A DNA stretch of 64,000 nucleotides, from NCBI GenBank assembly GCA_000182565.2, contig KQ257452.1. One strand, written 5' to 3'. The translations under genes were made by a program, and so were the position numbers. Numbering within the stretch: the stretch's first letter is position 1; each line of letters begins with the position of its first letter. The notes below the pieces were generated by a model that was not told where the DNA came from, did no database searches, and saw only the letters and a program-made list of their open reading frames with translations. This stretch comes from Spizellomyces punctatus DAOM BR117 (lineage: Eukaryota). Below are positions 1 to 12,744 of the stretch, one piece after another.

Positions 1-1553
1 GCAAATGCGATCAAAACTTTTGTACTGAGAGCAGAAGAAGCATTGATGTCCAAAGGAGTGGACGTCTCAGTTGGAATGATACAAGCTATGCTGATGCTAG
101 GAGGCCTGTACTATGAGTTGGATGACGGATGGAAAGCTTGTAAATGGATTGGTGAGTATGCAGCGTCAATTTTAGACCCAGGTTTGCACTCCGTGACCAG
201 CTAACGTTGCCTTCATGTCCAGTCGAGGCGTGCAACCTGTGCACAATCAAGCACTATGATCGGGCGATGCACCACATTGGAATTTATGCTGTCCTACATG
301 GTCAGGATGAAGATCCTGTGGAGAAGCTTCCTGCTGAGTGTCGGGAGGCCCGCTGGGATACGTGGGCAACTGCACTTATATATGACTCGTATGCAGGGCT
401 AGCGTCTGGTTTCCCATGTCTCATTGAGGAGGCGGATTATGTTGAACTCTTATACGACCGACGTCCATGGGAGGATGATATGGGGTACATGAGTCGTAAA
501 CGAAGAGAGGAGGAGAATCAACGATCAAGGATAGCATCCGGCATGCCGGGTGCAACAATCTTCCATGACTCCGGGATGAGTGCTATGATAGAAGGACTAT
601 TCGTAGGAGAAAATGGAAACCACGGGAGACCTGGGCAAGCTGCGATAGATTTTACTAGGATGATTCAAATCTGCTTTCTGCTAAGGAGGGTGTTACGACA
701 TATTGCGCAGGTGGACGGGCGTAAGGGAGGGAGCAGCCTGGATCACGATATTGGTTTGGCTCGAGGTGCAGCGTCAGTGCTATCGTCGTTACCTGGGGAT
801 AACGACACGAGATTATTGCACGAGTCTCTGGTACAATGGTTCTCGACGCTACCGGTCAGTTCCCGGGGGTTCGAAAGCTTGGCAGTCTTCAGAACGGGTG
901 TGACGGGACCGGCTGCCGCGCCAGACGGGCATCATTGGACCCGGAACCCGACAATGATGCATTCCATCAGTCTTTTCTTGGTGGCTCTCGCCATTCTTCA
1001 TTATCCACGTCAGAACATTATTGACACGCAGCATAACACGACGGCCCATAAAATCTTCCGCATTGATTCTTTCGGCACTCAAGCCATCCGTGTGTCTGCT
1101 CCGCAAGTTGTCACATTGGTTCGAAGAGCATTGACACACCTGTTTCGATGCGCTTACGAAGACAAGCCCATTCCCTTATCACCTGCACCCCTTCGTACGA
1201 CCCCGGATTACAGCAATACTCTCCGGGATACGCCCTTCATTCCCACCCATCCTCCTCCACCGCCCCACCTTTGCATGTCTCCGATGATGGCGCTCGTCAC
1301 CCTCCTCATCATATGCGCGGAGCTGTCCTCCCCAGCCTCAGCTGCCATACTGCAGGAGTGTCTCAACGATGTTTCGACCGTTTTCCTACCTTTCTTGGAT
1401 AATCTGGGTCGAATCTATCCCATGAGTGTGCGATATGCCGCCAGGGTTAGAGCTGTGGTCGGAGGTGTGGTAGGTTGCTCGGTAGAGGTGGGTGTGTGGA
1501 AAGGCGTATGGGCTGCGGGGTGGGGTGTATGTGGGGCTGGGGTGTGTAGTTGA
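1..1553 (+). CDS. Fungal-specific transcription factor (middle homology region, Zn2Cys6-cluster family), 5'-truncated by the window
   Basis: Open frame from base 1 (..GMIQAMLMLGGLYYELDDGWKACKWI), intron GTGAGT at ~152, then ORF with 'ECREARWDTWATALIYDSYAGLASGFPCLI', resembling the Fungal_trans 'E.RRR.fW..y..D...s...G.P..i' motif. Zn cluster is not in the window. Confidence 0.7.
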
Positions 1554-2312
1554 CATATGGAATCAAACATGTAAATAAGGTCGTGCTGTCGTTCACCTAT
1601 ATAGAATCTAAATAGAGGTCTGAATTAGGGCTAATTCTTGCATAGTTCACGTTTTATCATGTATTTTGAGAACTCTTACGAGGTAACATTTACCTAGGCA
1701 ATTGAGACTGGAACAATGTAGCGTTTGGATCATTATCAAGTACGTGAGCGTTAATAGTTGTCTGGTCGATAGTAGACCTATGTAATGATGGGTCGCCGAC
1801 TTTACAGGGTGGCCCACTTGAAAAGCGTCTGACCCTGGTCGGGCCGGATGCATAATTCAACGGCAGCCATGATACTTTCAACTGATTTCATAGAACATGA
1901 AGCTAGCATGCAACCACCAATATATCACTTTTTCCCTCGCCTCAGAAATAGCCAGCCTCCACGGGCGCCTCTAATAGACTCGACACTCCCATCGACGGCA
2001 ATTCAACAGCCATCGAGCATTGTGCCGATTGCGATATCAATCCCGCAGCTGCACCAACTCACAATTCCTGAAATGGTCCGACGGAAGAAGCTGGTTATAG
2101 TGAACAAAAGAAGGCTAGTGTATGTGCGAGAAAGGAAATCCAGATGTGAAAGAGTGGTATAATGCGTCAGCTGAATAAACAAAAGGATCGTGCCGGTCGT
2201 TTTCATGAGGAAGACCTTGCTACTGCTGCTGCTGCAACTTTCCATTGCCTTTATATCGCTACTTGACTTAAGCTGTGTTACAAACCTATACCACTTAGAA
2301 GGAGACTCCACA

Positions 2313-3564
2313 ATGACCGCGTCAGACGTCGCCGCAAATCATGTTTGGGTCAGGTACCACATCCCAGGAAATCATACATAAGGGAGTGCACTAATACGCT
2401 CTGCCTCGCAGCACTTGCATCCCGTGCCTTTTCATACGCTTCAAAGCTAAAAACTGCGATAAGCGACGCCGCTACTTCGTTTGAAGAGGAGAGGAAGTCT
2501 TACCTTCAAGAGAAGAAGGAGCAGGATGGAGGAGACTTTTCAGAGACAGCGGAGGAAGTCAATTTCCCTCAAATTGCAGCCGTGCGAAACAGTTCGTCGG
2601 CCATTCGGGAGGTTATAGCCCATGCCATACCCATTCCAACTGTACTCGGCCAACCGAGTGAGGATAAGATTGACAGCGACCGCTCAGAGGGTGCAGGGAA
2701 AGGCAAATCTTCTGAAGAAGAGAACCTTCTGCCCTGGGCGGGTGTAGCTGACGAGGGTGAGTTGAAGGCCAAAATCCTAGCAATATCATCGGTAAGTTTT
2801 GATGAACCTCTTTGAATTGAACGCACTTGACTTGTCTGCAGCACAGGGAGAATTTCCTTGAAGATATACCATCAGAATTTGTGTTCGACCTGAACGCTTC
2901 TTATCCTACTGCCATGGTAAGTTTGCAAATTGCAGAGTAACGAACGTCCATTCATATCTAATGTGCTCATATCATCTAGGAAATGCTGAAATTGGATAGT
3001 AAACTGCAGGACATGCGCTTTGAGCTCGTTCCAAAGAAGTGAGAAGATTCATCTTTGCATGATCTCTCACTGGTACTCATTGGTGCCTGCAAAAAGGATC
3101 AAAGATGCCCAGTTTTGGCACGCTTATTTCTACCACATCAGTCAACTCAAACTGCAGTCAGGTTCTAATCAAAAAGCTATCGATGGCACGTTTGTACCCT
3201 TACCGGATAGTCCGCTGCCCACGATCGTCGATTCACCGACGAACCCTGCACCGCAGACTGTGCCTGTGCCTGAGGTAATCCCGTCGCCTGCTCCACAGCG
3301 ATTACCGCCAGTGGATTTGAAGAAAGATGAAGACCTTCCTACGGCCAAGGACCTCCGAGAAGCCATGCCACTGCCACTAAGTCTGACGGATCCGGTGAAC
3401 TCTGTAAGTCACCCTATTTGTTCTTTGCATTTCGCGGTCCACTCATAAGATGTTACATGTACATATAGTCAACATTGGTATACGATGGAGAAGATTTTGT
3501 TAGCGATATGTACGACAACGAGTGGGATAAGACTTCGCAGGGGCAAGACGAAGAGGATTACTAG
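2313..3564 (+). CDS. BSD domain protein (SYAP1/Dos2-like), multi-exon
   Basis: Spliced reading: LLPWAG..ELKAKILAISS|HRENFLEDIPSEFVFDLNASYPTAM|EMLKLDSKLQDMRFELVPK|RIKDAQFWHAYFYHI is the BSD signature (L..MRFELVP...FW..YFY). Acidic tail ends QGQDEEDY-TAG at 3564. Confidence 0.8.
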
Positions 3565-4185
3565 CTGTAATTGCTCCCCTAGCTCATGGGTGGTGCATAC
3601 ATTACTTTTGGGATTGTAGATGCGCTTAATGATACATCCTAGAGCTTTCGAACCGAATTGTTTGTGCCCGCTCGTTGTGCATATCATCGCATGAACGTAT
3701 AGAAAAAGCAGGCGTCCACTTCCTCAATATTTGCGCGGCTCACCAAGGGATTTTATTATCATTCACCGTTTGTAAAAGCGGTACCCAGGCACCCACCGTT
3801 TCTTCCCTGCAACCTTTCTGTACTTTTCTCAACTTTTGAGACGTGCCCCGATGCTATTTGCTCCAATTGTAGAGTCCACTAATTAGACACCGGACCAGGG
3901 CTAATAGGAACAAGACTAGTGGAATGTTGGCCCGTACGCCGTACAATTCTGGAAACAAATCATTAAGAAGGATGTGAGTCGCATATTTGAAGTCACGTGA
4001 ATTCATTATTGGGTAGAGATATCTAACAAGTTGCAACTAGTTTGTTTGCAGCGAAAACCTCGTCGAATACAATCGGAATGGACTGGGACTTTGGGCAGCA
4101 GGTATTATGTTTGCTGAATACCGTCTAACGTGCATCCCAATGAAGCATTCAAGACACTCCATCACTAACGCATGGTATTTGGTAG

Positions 4186-5512
4186 ATGCTGTTCTGGACG
4201 TTTGTCCCGGTAGGCGGCTCACCCATGTCGGCGCATTGGGAACAGCTTCACTAAAACGTATCACATTTCTTACAGAGCATGGCGACCAAATTCCTCCAGA
4301 AGCAGTATTACAGCTTCCGGTCTTCCAAAAAACCCCCGACGCCTTCCGAAGCCCAGTTCCACTACAGTGTCATATATGTCCTCGTGGTAGTGGTGTACTT
4401 AATATACAGTTTTGTCCAGGTGAAGGGTTTTGCATTGCGGTCATTTAATCGGGCAACACACACTAATTTGAGTTTGGAAACTCAGGTTGAACGTAACTTA
4501 CCTCCGACATACTATGATTTCCTCGACGTGTCTCGAAATTGCGACGCAAGGGATCTACGGTCGCAATTTAGGCAGATGTCGTTGCTATACCATCCGGTAG
4601 GAGTGCATTACTTGATTCAGGTTAGAAGGTGTCGGTTCTGATCACGCCCACTTTAGGATAAACTGCAATCTGTAGGGCATTGCTTAATTAGAGCTGGAGG
4701 AGCAGCACAATGCAAGCAAACTGATTGTCACACTTAGCTCCCAGAATCAGAGAGGGTACTTCATGAGACACGATACTTGCAAATACGCCAAGCTTACGAT
4801 ATTCTTAAAGAACCTATAAAGCGAGCTGCCTACGGTAAGTGTGCCGACCGGGATTAGCAGGGCCGATGAGTTGCGTAAACAAATTCCTAAAGCTGATTCA
4901 TAAACATTGGTGTTTCCAGATAAATATGGCTTAACTAGCCATGACTGTCAACGGTGCGCCACGGAACGGGAGTATCTCATGAAAGCCCTACCGAATTTTA
5001 TTACGTTCTATGGTGGAAGTGCAGTATTCCTTGTCATTCTTAGCATGCTTGGAACGCTCAACTTTGGGCGATACTGGCGATTTGTCGGATTGCTGAGTAT
5101 GGGCTGCTTCGAGGCCAAGATACTCTTTAGCGGCCCCTCTTCCACGGCACTTCTTGTCCTCCGCACCTTATTACCATGGCGAACTCTCCACGAACAAATA
5201 ATCATGCTCCACCAGCTGTTCGTTGTGGTCTTCATCGCCATCTCTCAATTGGGCCCCATATTATTCCCCGAGGATAAGCGAACTGTAAAGCAGATGATGC
5301 TGGAGCTTGAGAATTTAACGAATCTGCAGTTGAAGGAAAGCACGAGGTCGTTTAGGTCAGCATTCGAACCTTTTGCAAGAGATCCTGTCGCTGTCGCAGA
5401 CGTGCAAAAAAAGATGGAGAAACTGGCGGTGGATTTACAATTGTTGGAAGGTAATGCCGATTTGACCGTCGCAGCAGGAAAAGCACAGATGAGAATTTCA
5501 AAGAGAAAATGA
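4186..5512 (+). CDS. Membrane-associated DnaJ (J-domain) protein, multi-exon; 5' end uncertain (possible upstream exon near 3851)
   Basis: TYYDFLDVSRNCDARDLRSQFRQMSLLYHP|DKLQS gives the HPD motif split by an intron; YLQIRQAYDILKEPIKRAAY|DKYG follows; hydrophobic segments lie on both sides. Confidence 0.8.
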
Positions 5513-5772
5513 TTTGTCTGAGCGTTTGGGATATTGTATTTGGGATAATATAGCCCGTTGAGTATATAATCTGTGTAAAGGAGCTAGTGGCAGCGTAAAC
5601 ACATCCTTCATCAACCCACTTGACAAATCGAGATGTCTAACCCCCGATCTATGGGCCCGGCCACATCTATCTCCATTTACCCTGTTAATCTAATCTTTTG
5701 AACCGACTAGTGCGGTCACTCTCAGTTAAGAATGCCATGCTCCGCCGTGAGATCAGGCTCGCAATGTCTCGA

Positions 5773-6777
5773 TCACTTCCATACAGATGTCCAGAAAGGG
5801 TGCTCAGGATCAAAATCAATGGACTGAGTTTCCGCATTGGCCATTGGAAAATGTAGGGTAGTAATTTTTCTTTCCACCAAATAGTCGCGCAGTTTATCAT
5901 AATGCATGCCAACATCTGCTGGGCCATGGCTATCGTCGGACAATGTGAACCTTACTCCTTTCTCTTTCATGCACTAAAACGCTGGTAAGATATAGACACG
6001 TCTCCCATTTTTCCAACGAAGAACATACCTCCAGTATATCGCGCTGTGGATAAGCGTCTCTCAATCCTTTCTTCCACGCGCGAGAGTTTATTTCAACTAG
6101 TCCCCCGTAGCCAGTAATAGCGTCGATATTCCGATGAATTTTGGTCCAAACATTGTCAGACAAGACATGATTCGGTCTGAACAGGCGCACGAGATCAAAG
6201 TGCCCAACTACACTAGGCTTAACCCGCAGTAGCATCTCATATTGAGCATCAAAGTAGGCCTGGAAAAGCGCCTCGGTACCACCCACAGCTCTCTCTGCAA
6301 GTTCGTAGCGAGATAAATCAAAATCGATGGGGTGGCCTTTGACGTGATGTACAGAACCGACGACATAATCCAAAGGTACAGATCGACAGAGTGTTTCGAG
6401 TTCGTTGAGCGTATCTGCGTGAATATGTTCTGTTTCCGCCCCTATAACTAGGCGAATTTGTGAACGATACTTTTCTTGTAAGAGACGTGCGTTAGCGACA
6501 AAGGCTGTGAAAGTGGCTTGGAGGTCGTCGGGAGTTATATGTGACTACGTATGTGTGCCAGCAGGTAGTCTTATGATCAACTACTGATTCAAAGGTAAGA
6601 TGCCGCTTTCTTATCACCTACTTCTTCCGGGTACAGGTCCTGCGGCCGAGATCGCGGTACATGTTCAGAAAGGCCATAAACTTCAAATCCAAGTTCTATA
6701 GCTCTGAGAACCACATCTTCCAATTCCCCTTTGGCATGTAGGCAGTACTGCCCAGAGTGGGAGTGAAGTGAAATCAT
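5773..6777 (-). CDS. HIS2: Histidinol-phosphatase, PHP family
   Basis: Motifs MISLHSHSGQYCLHA, GLSEHVPR, IGAETE, DYVVGSVHHV, VVGHFDL, EINSRAW, LSDDSHGP; 3 exons. Confidence 0.92.
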
Positions 6778-6949
6778 ATTTCAATGACAATCGGATCGTT
6801 GATGGATAGTTGGAGGCGGGTACTGCAGGTCACGTGTCAGATGGCTTACGAGATTGATCGGCACATCCAAATTATCACATGCAGACGAAGTTCACAAAAC
6901 TAGGTACTATTTTGATTAATGGTCTGTACAAAGCAAAAGCGCCGATGTA

Positions 6950-8152
6950 TTAGGTGTCAGTATTGTACCAAGGTCTATATCGAAATATCAATGGCTGAAT
7001 TGGATCGGATGCTGCCACATTTCCTAATGTCCATTCTGGGTCTAACTTTGAGCCATTATGCAAAATGTCGACCTATGCTATTAAGATGAGAATCCAGATC
7101 CTGAGGGTACGCGCAGTACTTCAGGGTACGCAAACCTTTGCTGGCTTTATCGCTAATCGCTTCCGTAAATGTTTTCCAACTTGTCCAATTGTTGCGCGCG
7201 CTTTAGTTTTCAGACAGGGATCTGCCAGTCTGGCCTGCCCCCGTGATACATTCTCGTATTTCCGCATATTGAACCATCTGGGGATATGAGCATCAATACT
7301 CGTAGCGTCATATTTATCGCAAATGTAAAGATGAGACAGTACTCTGTGTCCAGTTCAAGGGCAAACGCTACGAGAGTTTCCGGCCCCACTGCCGGAGAGG
7401 AACTTGGACTAGCTGCAGTGGCAGGACGCGTTGCGGTTGATAGACAGCCATCCGTAACTTTGGAGTGCTTCTTTGCTGGTTGTGTATTGCTGCTTCGAAC
7501 AGAGCCTGCCGATGTTCTTTTGCGTACACGAACTTCTTGAGATTCTTCACCGGCCCAAAGTGAGACAGACGACATATTTTTTCCTCAAGAAGATCAACAT
7601 TACTTTCAAATGTACGTATGAGCTCCTGTTCTCGTTCTTGTAGATGTGGTACGAGTTTGTAGGCTATGTTTTGCATGCTAGGATCGGGTCTAAAGTACAT
7701 TGGATATGTTGTCAGACAAAGCATACACACTAATATAGGGAATGATACTCACTTGAGATGCTGCAGAGGATTAGGTCCAAGCGGGTGCATACATGCCGGA
7801 CAGCACTTGTCATTATCATGCTGTCGCTTCCAGTGCTTGTAAATACAAGATTTGCAGACTGTACACATGGATCATCAGCCCTCTAACATAGGTCATGCAT
7901 GGTAATCTTGAGAACTTGCATGTGTGAAGGCATGGATGTACTGTCGTTGCGTCAACAAAGTAACCCGCGCAGAGTTTGCACGTCATCAAACTCCATGTGC
8001 CAGTGAAAAGCCGTTATTAAAGCGGCGCTAGCTAAGCGAGACGTGCCCTCTTACTCATTGAAAATTCGAGTCTAGGAAGAGATAATTCGAAAGCAAACGA
8101 AACTTTACTTCTGATTTAGAATACGTTATGCAGCGAACGAAGCTCTTACCAT
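6950..8152 (-). CDS. Polycomb group RING finger protein (PCGF/Psc/BMI1-like; RING + RAWUL), multi-exon, largely missed by the ORF track
   Basis: Spliced: LMTCKLCAGYFVDATTVHPCLHT|FCKSCIYKH..CCPACMHPLGPNPLQHLK|PDPSMQNIAYKLVPHLQERE matches the PCGF consensus (C.LC.GY.IDATT..CLHTFC.SC; D.T.QDIVYKLVP.L). C-terminal KTKARATIGQVGKHLRKRL..|VDILHNGSKLDPEWTLG..PLIFRYRP is RAWUL-like. Confidence 0.85.
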
Positions 8153-9070
8153 GAACGTTATCTGCAAGGTCAGGTTTATCATCAAGTTGTCAGTACAAAC
8201 ATTACAAAATACGCAAGACAAATGATATGGCTCATTTCTACAAAGAAGTTATAACTAACCTTGCGACCAACTACAGTCGGAATAGCATCTCGTTGCAGGT
8301 TTCCCTGGTTTCCCTTCTGCTCGGTGGTTTGTACTGGGTCATCCTCTGTGATATGAGAACGGCAAGGTCAGTTCTAATACTTGGTCTTATTAATCGTTCC
8401 AAAGGTTGTACCGGAATAATTGTTTGATATCTCGTGGTGAACTATTGGTAGACGGTCTCTTTGTGGATTGGGATGGTCATGGTTTGCAGATCTTTGGCTA
8501 TGAGCGCGTAGCTGAATCGAACACAAATGCAAGCATAAGGAACTGAAATGAGTGGCAACCTGTCACAAGGAGATTGTGCACCTTTCCGGCGTCCAAAGAA
8601 GCAGCCGTTGCGGCCATTTGTCAATCACTGATCTCAGCAAGTGCCAGAACGACGTTCGCTGCGCAATGAGATTGTTTACGCACTTTGTCACACGTGATTG
8701 GATTGAGGGACGTGTGACTAAGCACCCCTAACCAGCAGAAGCCGAGCGAAGCGCACTTCTAGCACGTCGAACTTAATCGAGAGCATTTAAAGAGATTGTT
8801 ACTGGTTGTCTTTTGAAACTAACGAAGAGGGTACTGCGAGTACTTACTGATAGAGAGCCGGACCATTGTCAAGCCGAGCAGTTCCATCTGACCCTTAGAC
8901 CCGTTCACTCTGTGGAGTCGCAAAGTGTAGATCAACTTGATATTGGGGAACAAAAAAACCCGAGTTCGGGACGGCAGACTTCACCCCGACTGTCAACAGT
9001 GGTCTTGTTATCCTAGAATAAAGCTTTTCTGCCTTGGAGGTTGATGCTGCAGTTGAGGGTCCAGGATCAA

Positions 9071-12000
9071 ATGGATCTCGACCCTTTTCCCCGACGCCCT
9101 GGTTTCGGGAGTGCGGGGCGCCAACTTCAAGTCCGGACCAACTTCTTTCCCGTTCTCTCTCTTCCCGGTCAAAATATCCATCACTACGATGTGCAGATCC
9201 AGCCTGACGCCAATCCTCGAATAAATCGGAGATTATACGCACTCTGGGAAGACCTCAATCGAAATGGAATATTAAAGAATACAAAACCCGTATTTGACGG
9301 AAGGAAAAACATTTTCTCTCCTCGCTGCCTTCCGCTGAAAGATGATCAAGCGAACTTCACACTGGAACTTCCGGAGGAGGATGAGGATATCAGATCCAGA
9401 AAGTACGTGTTATTCCAAAATTATCTAGTGGGTGTATTGGAATGTGGCTGTAGCTGTGATTGTAGCCTAAGGGCTGTGCAGGAGTTTACTCCCTCTTTGA
9501 GAGGTAACCAGTCTTGGATAGATCGCTAATCTTGTCTCTTAGGTTTCAACGGGGACCTAGAAAATTTAGAATTTCCATTTGTAAAGTGGGCGAGATCAAC
9601 ATGCACAGACTACATCTTTTCCTCGAAGGAAAGTCTCATGAAGCACCACATGATGCAGTAATGGCACTCGACATCCTTTTGCGGCACCGACCATCTATGC
9701 TGTATACAACAGTCGGGAGGTGTTTCTACACACCGGAAGGTTCTGCGTCAATAGCTAATGGCGCAGAATTGTGGCAAGGATTTCATCAATCGATCAGGCC
9801 CTCGCAGCATAAGATGCTTTTGAATCTGGATGTTTCAGCAACCGCATTTCTTGAAGCAGGTAATCAAGGAGCATTTCTGTCCTCCATGAAGTAGGCCGTT
9901 TCTCACTGAGCTCCGTTCTATTAGGTCCCGTAGTCGATGTGGTTGCGCGAATTTTGGGCAGGGGACGCGCCGAGGATATTCGACAGCCATTCAACGAACG
10001 TGATAGATATAGAGTGGAGAAGACCCTCAAAAATATTAAAGTCGTTACTACACATCGCGGTAATAGCAAACGGCGGTGGAAAATAGCCAAAATTACCACG
10101 ACACCAACGAGTCGAACGCTATTCCCTATCAAGGAGGATGGAGGACGAGAAGAGAGTGTATCAAACTACTTCAAGGAACGCTACGGAGTTATTTTACAAT
10201 ATGAGCACTTTCCTTGCCTGGTAGTTGGTGATCCAGCAAAACATGTGTACCTTCCCATGGAAGTTTGTCGCGTAGTACCTGGCCAACGCGTCTTGAGAAA
10301 ACTAAATGAGAAGCAAACGGTGCGGTAACTGACGCAGATAGTCATAGTTGCATGAATAAGGCTGAACGGGAGCTTTTTTTGCAGGCTGATATGATTAGGT
10401 TCACCTGTCAACCGCCACACGTGCGCTCAAACAAAGTATCCAACGGTTTCAACCTGCTGCTTACTCACGACAACGAATACCTTCAAGACTTCAATGTAAA
10501 AATAGGTCGCGAGATGGCTACCGTCAATGCCCGTGTCCTGCCAACACCGATTCTTTCCTATCATCCAACCTCGCGTGAGTCGAGCATTGCTCCCCGTGAA
10601 GGTTCCTGGAATCTCCGAGACAAAAAGGTTGCTCAAGGAGCTGTTTTGAACTCTTGGGCGGTAGTTGTCTTTGGATCCGAGCGAGAAGTTGCAGTGTACA
10701 ATGTTCAAAAGTTCCTGCGCGAGCTCATCTCTACCTGCCGTGATACTGGAGTAGATATTCGGCAATTGCAACCCCCAATACGACATGCCAATCCGCTAGG
10801 CAATATCGAAGCCATTTTGAAGGCAGCTTTCATGGATGCTGGTAATGCTTCTAATCACAAGCCACAACTAATTCTCGTGATTTTACCAAACACTGGGGTA
10901 CCGCTCTATGCGGAGATTAAGCGAATTGCTGACACGGTAATTGGAATTGCAACTCAGTGCATGCAGGCAAAACGTAAGTTAAACAGTCACCAATGCCGAC
11001 CAGCTCTGATTCATTTAATAATCGCGCTCCCTCACAGATGTTTTTGCGGCCAAAAAGCAATACTGCGCCAACATTTGCTTGAAAATTAACGTTAAACTTG
11101 GGGGTATGAATTGCTTCCTAGGAAGCGCCCAATTACCCTTCGTTGCTGAAAGACCGACGATAATCTTTGGCGCAGATGTAAGAGCAACCTTAAATCAACA
11201 TTTGGCCTTTCCGGGTTGCAGGGTACTAAACAGTTCCGCCCAGGTCACGCATCCGGCACCAGGCGATCATAACAAACCGTCCATAGCGGCGATCGTTGGA
11301 TCAATGGATGCGCAATGTTCACGATATGCAGCAGCTATCCGCGTTCAGAAAGGCCGGCAAGAGATAATAAAAGATCTAGGAGGCGCAGTTGTTGAACTGT
11401 TGAGAACCTTTTATCAATTTTGTGGATCAAAGCCGCAGCGGATACTGTTTTACCGTGATGGGGTATCTGAAGGGCAGTTTGGAGAAGTGGTTCGAGAAGA
11501 GGTCGCAGCTATACGACGAGCATGTGCTACCCTACAGGGCAAGTGAATGGACGTCACATGATGGTATCATAGGAGCTGACATCTGATACGGTTTCCTACT
11601 TTGTAGAGGATTATCGTCCGACTGTTACCTTTGTTATAGTGCAAAAGCGACATCATGCTAGATTCTTCCCTTTGAGGAAAGAGGACGCCGATAAGTCGGG
11701 AAATGTCCTACCGGGCACTGTGGTGGAAACAGGCATTACCCACCCAGCAGAATTTGGTTAGTACATTTGAAAGGAAGTGTGGAACTGGCTCGCGCTGAGA
11801 GTGTTCTACTATTTGTGATTGTGCAGATTTCTACCTCGCTTCCCATCCTGGCCTCCAAGGCACGTCGAAACCCACGCACTATCATGTCCTTCACGACGAA
11901 AATCATTTTACTGCAGACGGTCTGCAGGAACTCACCTACCGCCTATGCTATCTCTACTGCCGTGCAACGCGCGCAGTATCCGTCTGTCCACCAGCGTATT

Positions 12001-12173
12001 ATGCGCACTTGGTGGCAGCCAGAGCCCGGTTCCATTTCATGGGAGATAACTGGTCCGATATTGCAAGTGAGCGGAGTCATATGCCGGGCGGGCCTATCAT
12101 GTCCTTGGAGGCATTGACGGCGAATTACGGATTGGTGAAACCTGATCTGGCGAAAGTCATGTATTACATGTGA
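9071..12173 (+). CDS. ago1: Argonaute (AGO clade; N-PAZ-MID-PIWI)
   Basis: [114 protein letters not shown]; ends VMYYM-TGA at 12173. Confidence 0.97.
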
Positions 12174-12744
12174 TTGCCTTACTGTGAAAATACCTTTTTT
12201 TCAGCATTCTAATGCGCAGAATGAAGGGGACGATACAGGAAAATCTTTCATGTCTGAGAGACTAAGTCTGTAATGGTCTGTAACGTTAAGTATTTAAAAT
12301 AATTCCGGGCGTACGTGGCGTATAAAACACCAAATATATGGTCGTGAGATGCATTTGATGGCCGAGAGCCGGCATGTTGATAAGTGTAGAGCTCCGTTTA
12401 GTTCATCTAGTCGATCTGAGCTTTAATTAGTTTAATGGCATGGCAAACAGCATGCTTAACCGGCACTGTAGAATGGCGCACCCACGGCTCACCATTTTCA
12501 GGTGATAATGAGTAACTCAACGTTAATCTCAGATGTCGAAGCCATTGCCTGTTACTAGTAACACATATCAAGAAGTGTAGAGGCGAAAGATTGCCAATCT
12601 ACCTCTACCAACGCTGGCTGGCGATGATTGTCGCACCTTCCAAGTCACAATGGAGATTTCATTACAAGAGTAATTTCAATTTCAATTTCCATCCGTATGT
12701 ACAATTTCCACATGCAAAGATACCACTACGATCGCTATGTCGTC

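Noticed and set aside
1445-1553. GT-rich stretch encoding VGVWKGVWAAGWGVCGAG, considered as a repeat or telomere-like sequence
   Set aside because: No regular repeat unit; may simply be a low-complexity end or an unrecognised intron.
1554-2312. Short ORFs in the intergenic region
   Set aside because: No motifs or consistent splice structure; treated as UTR/promoter.
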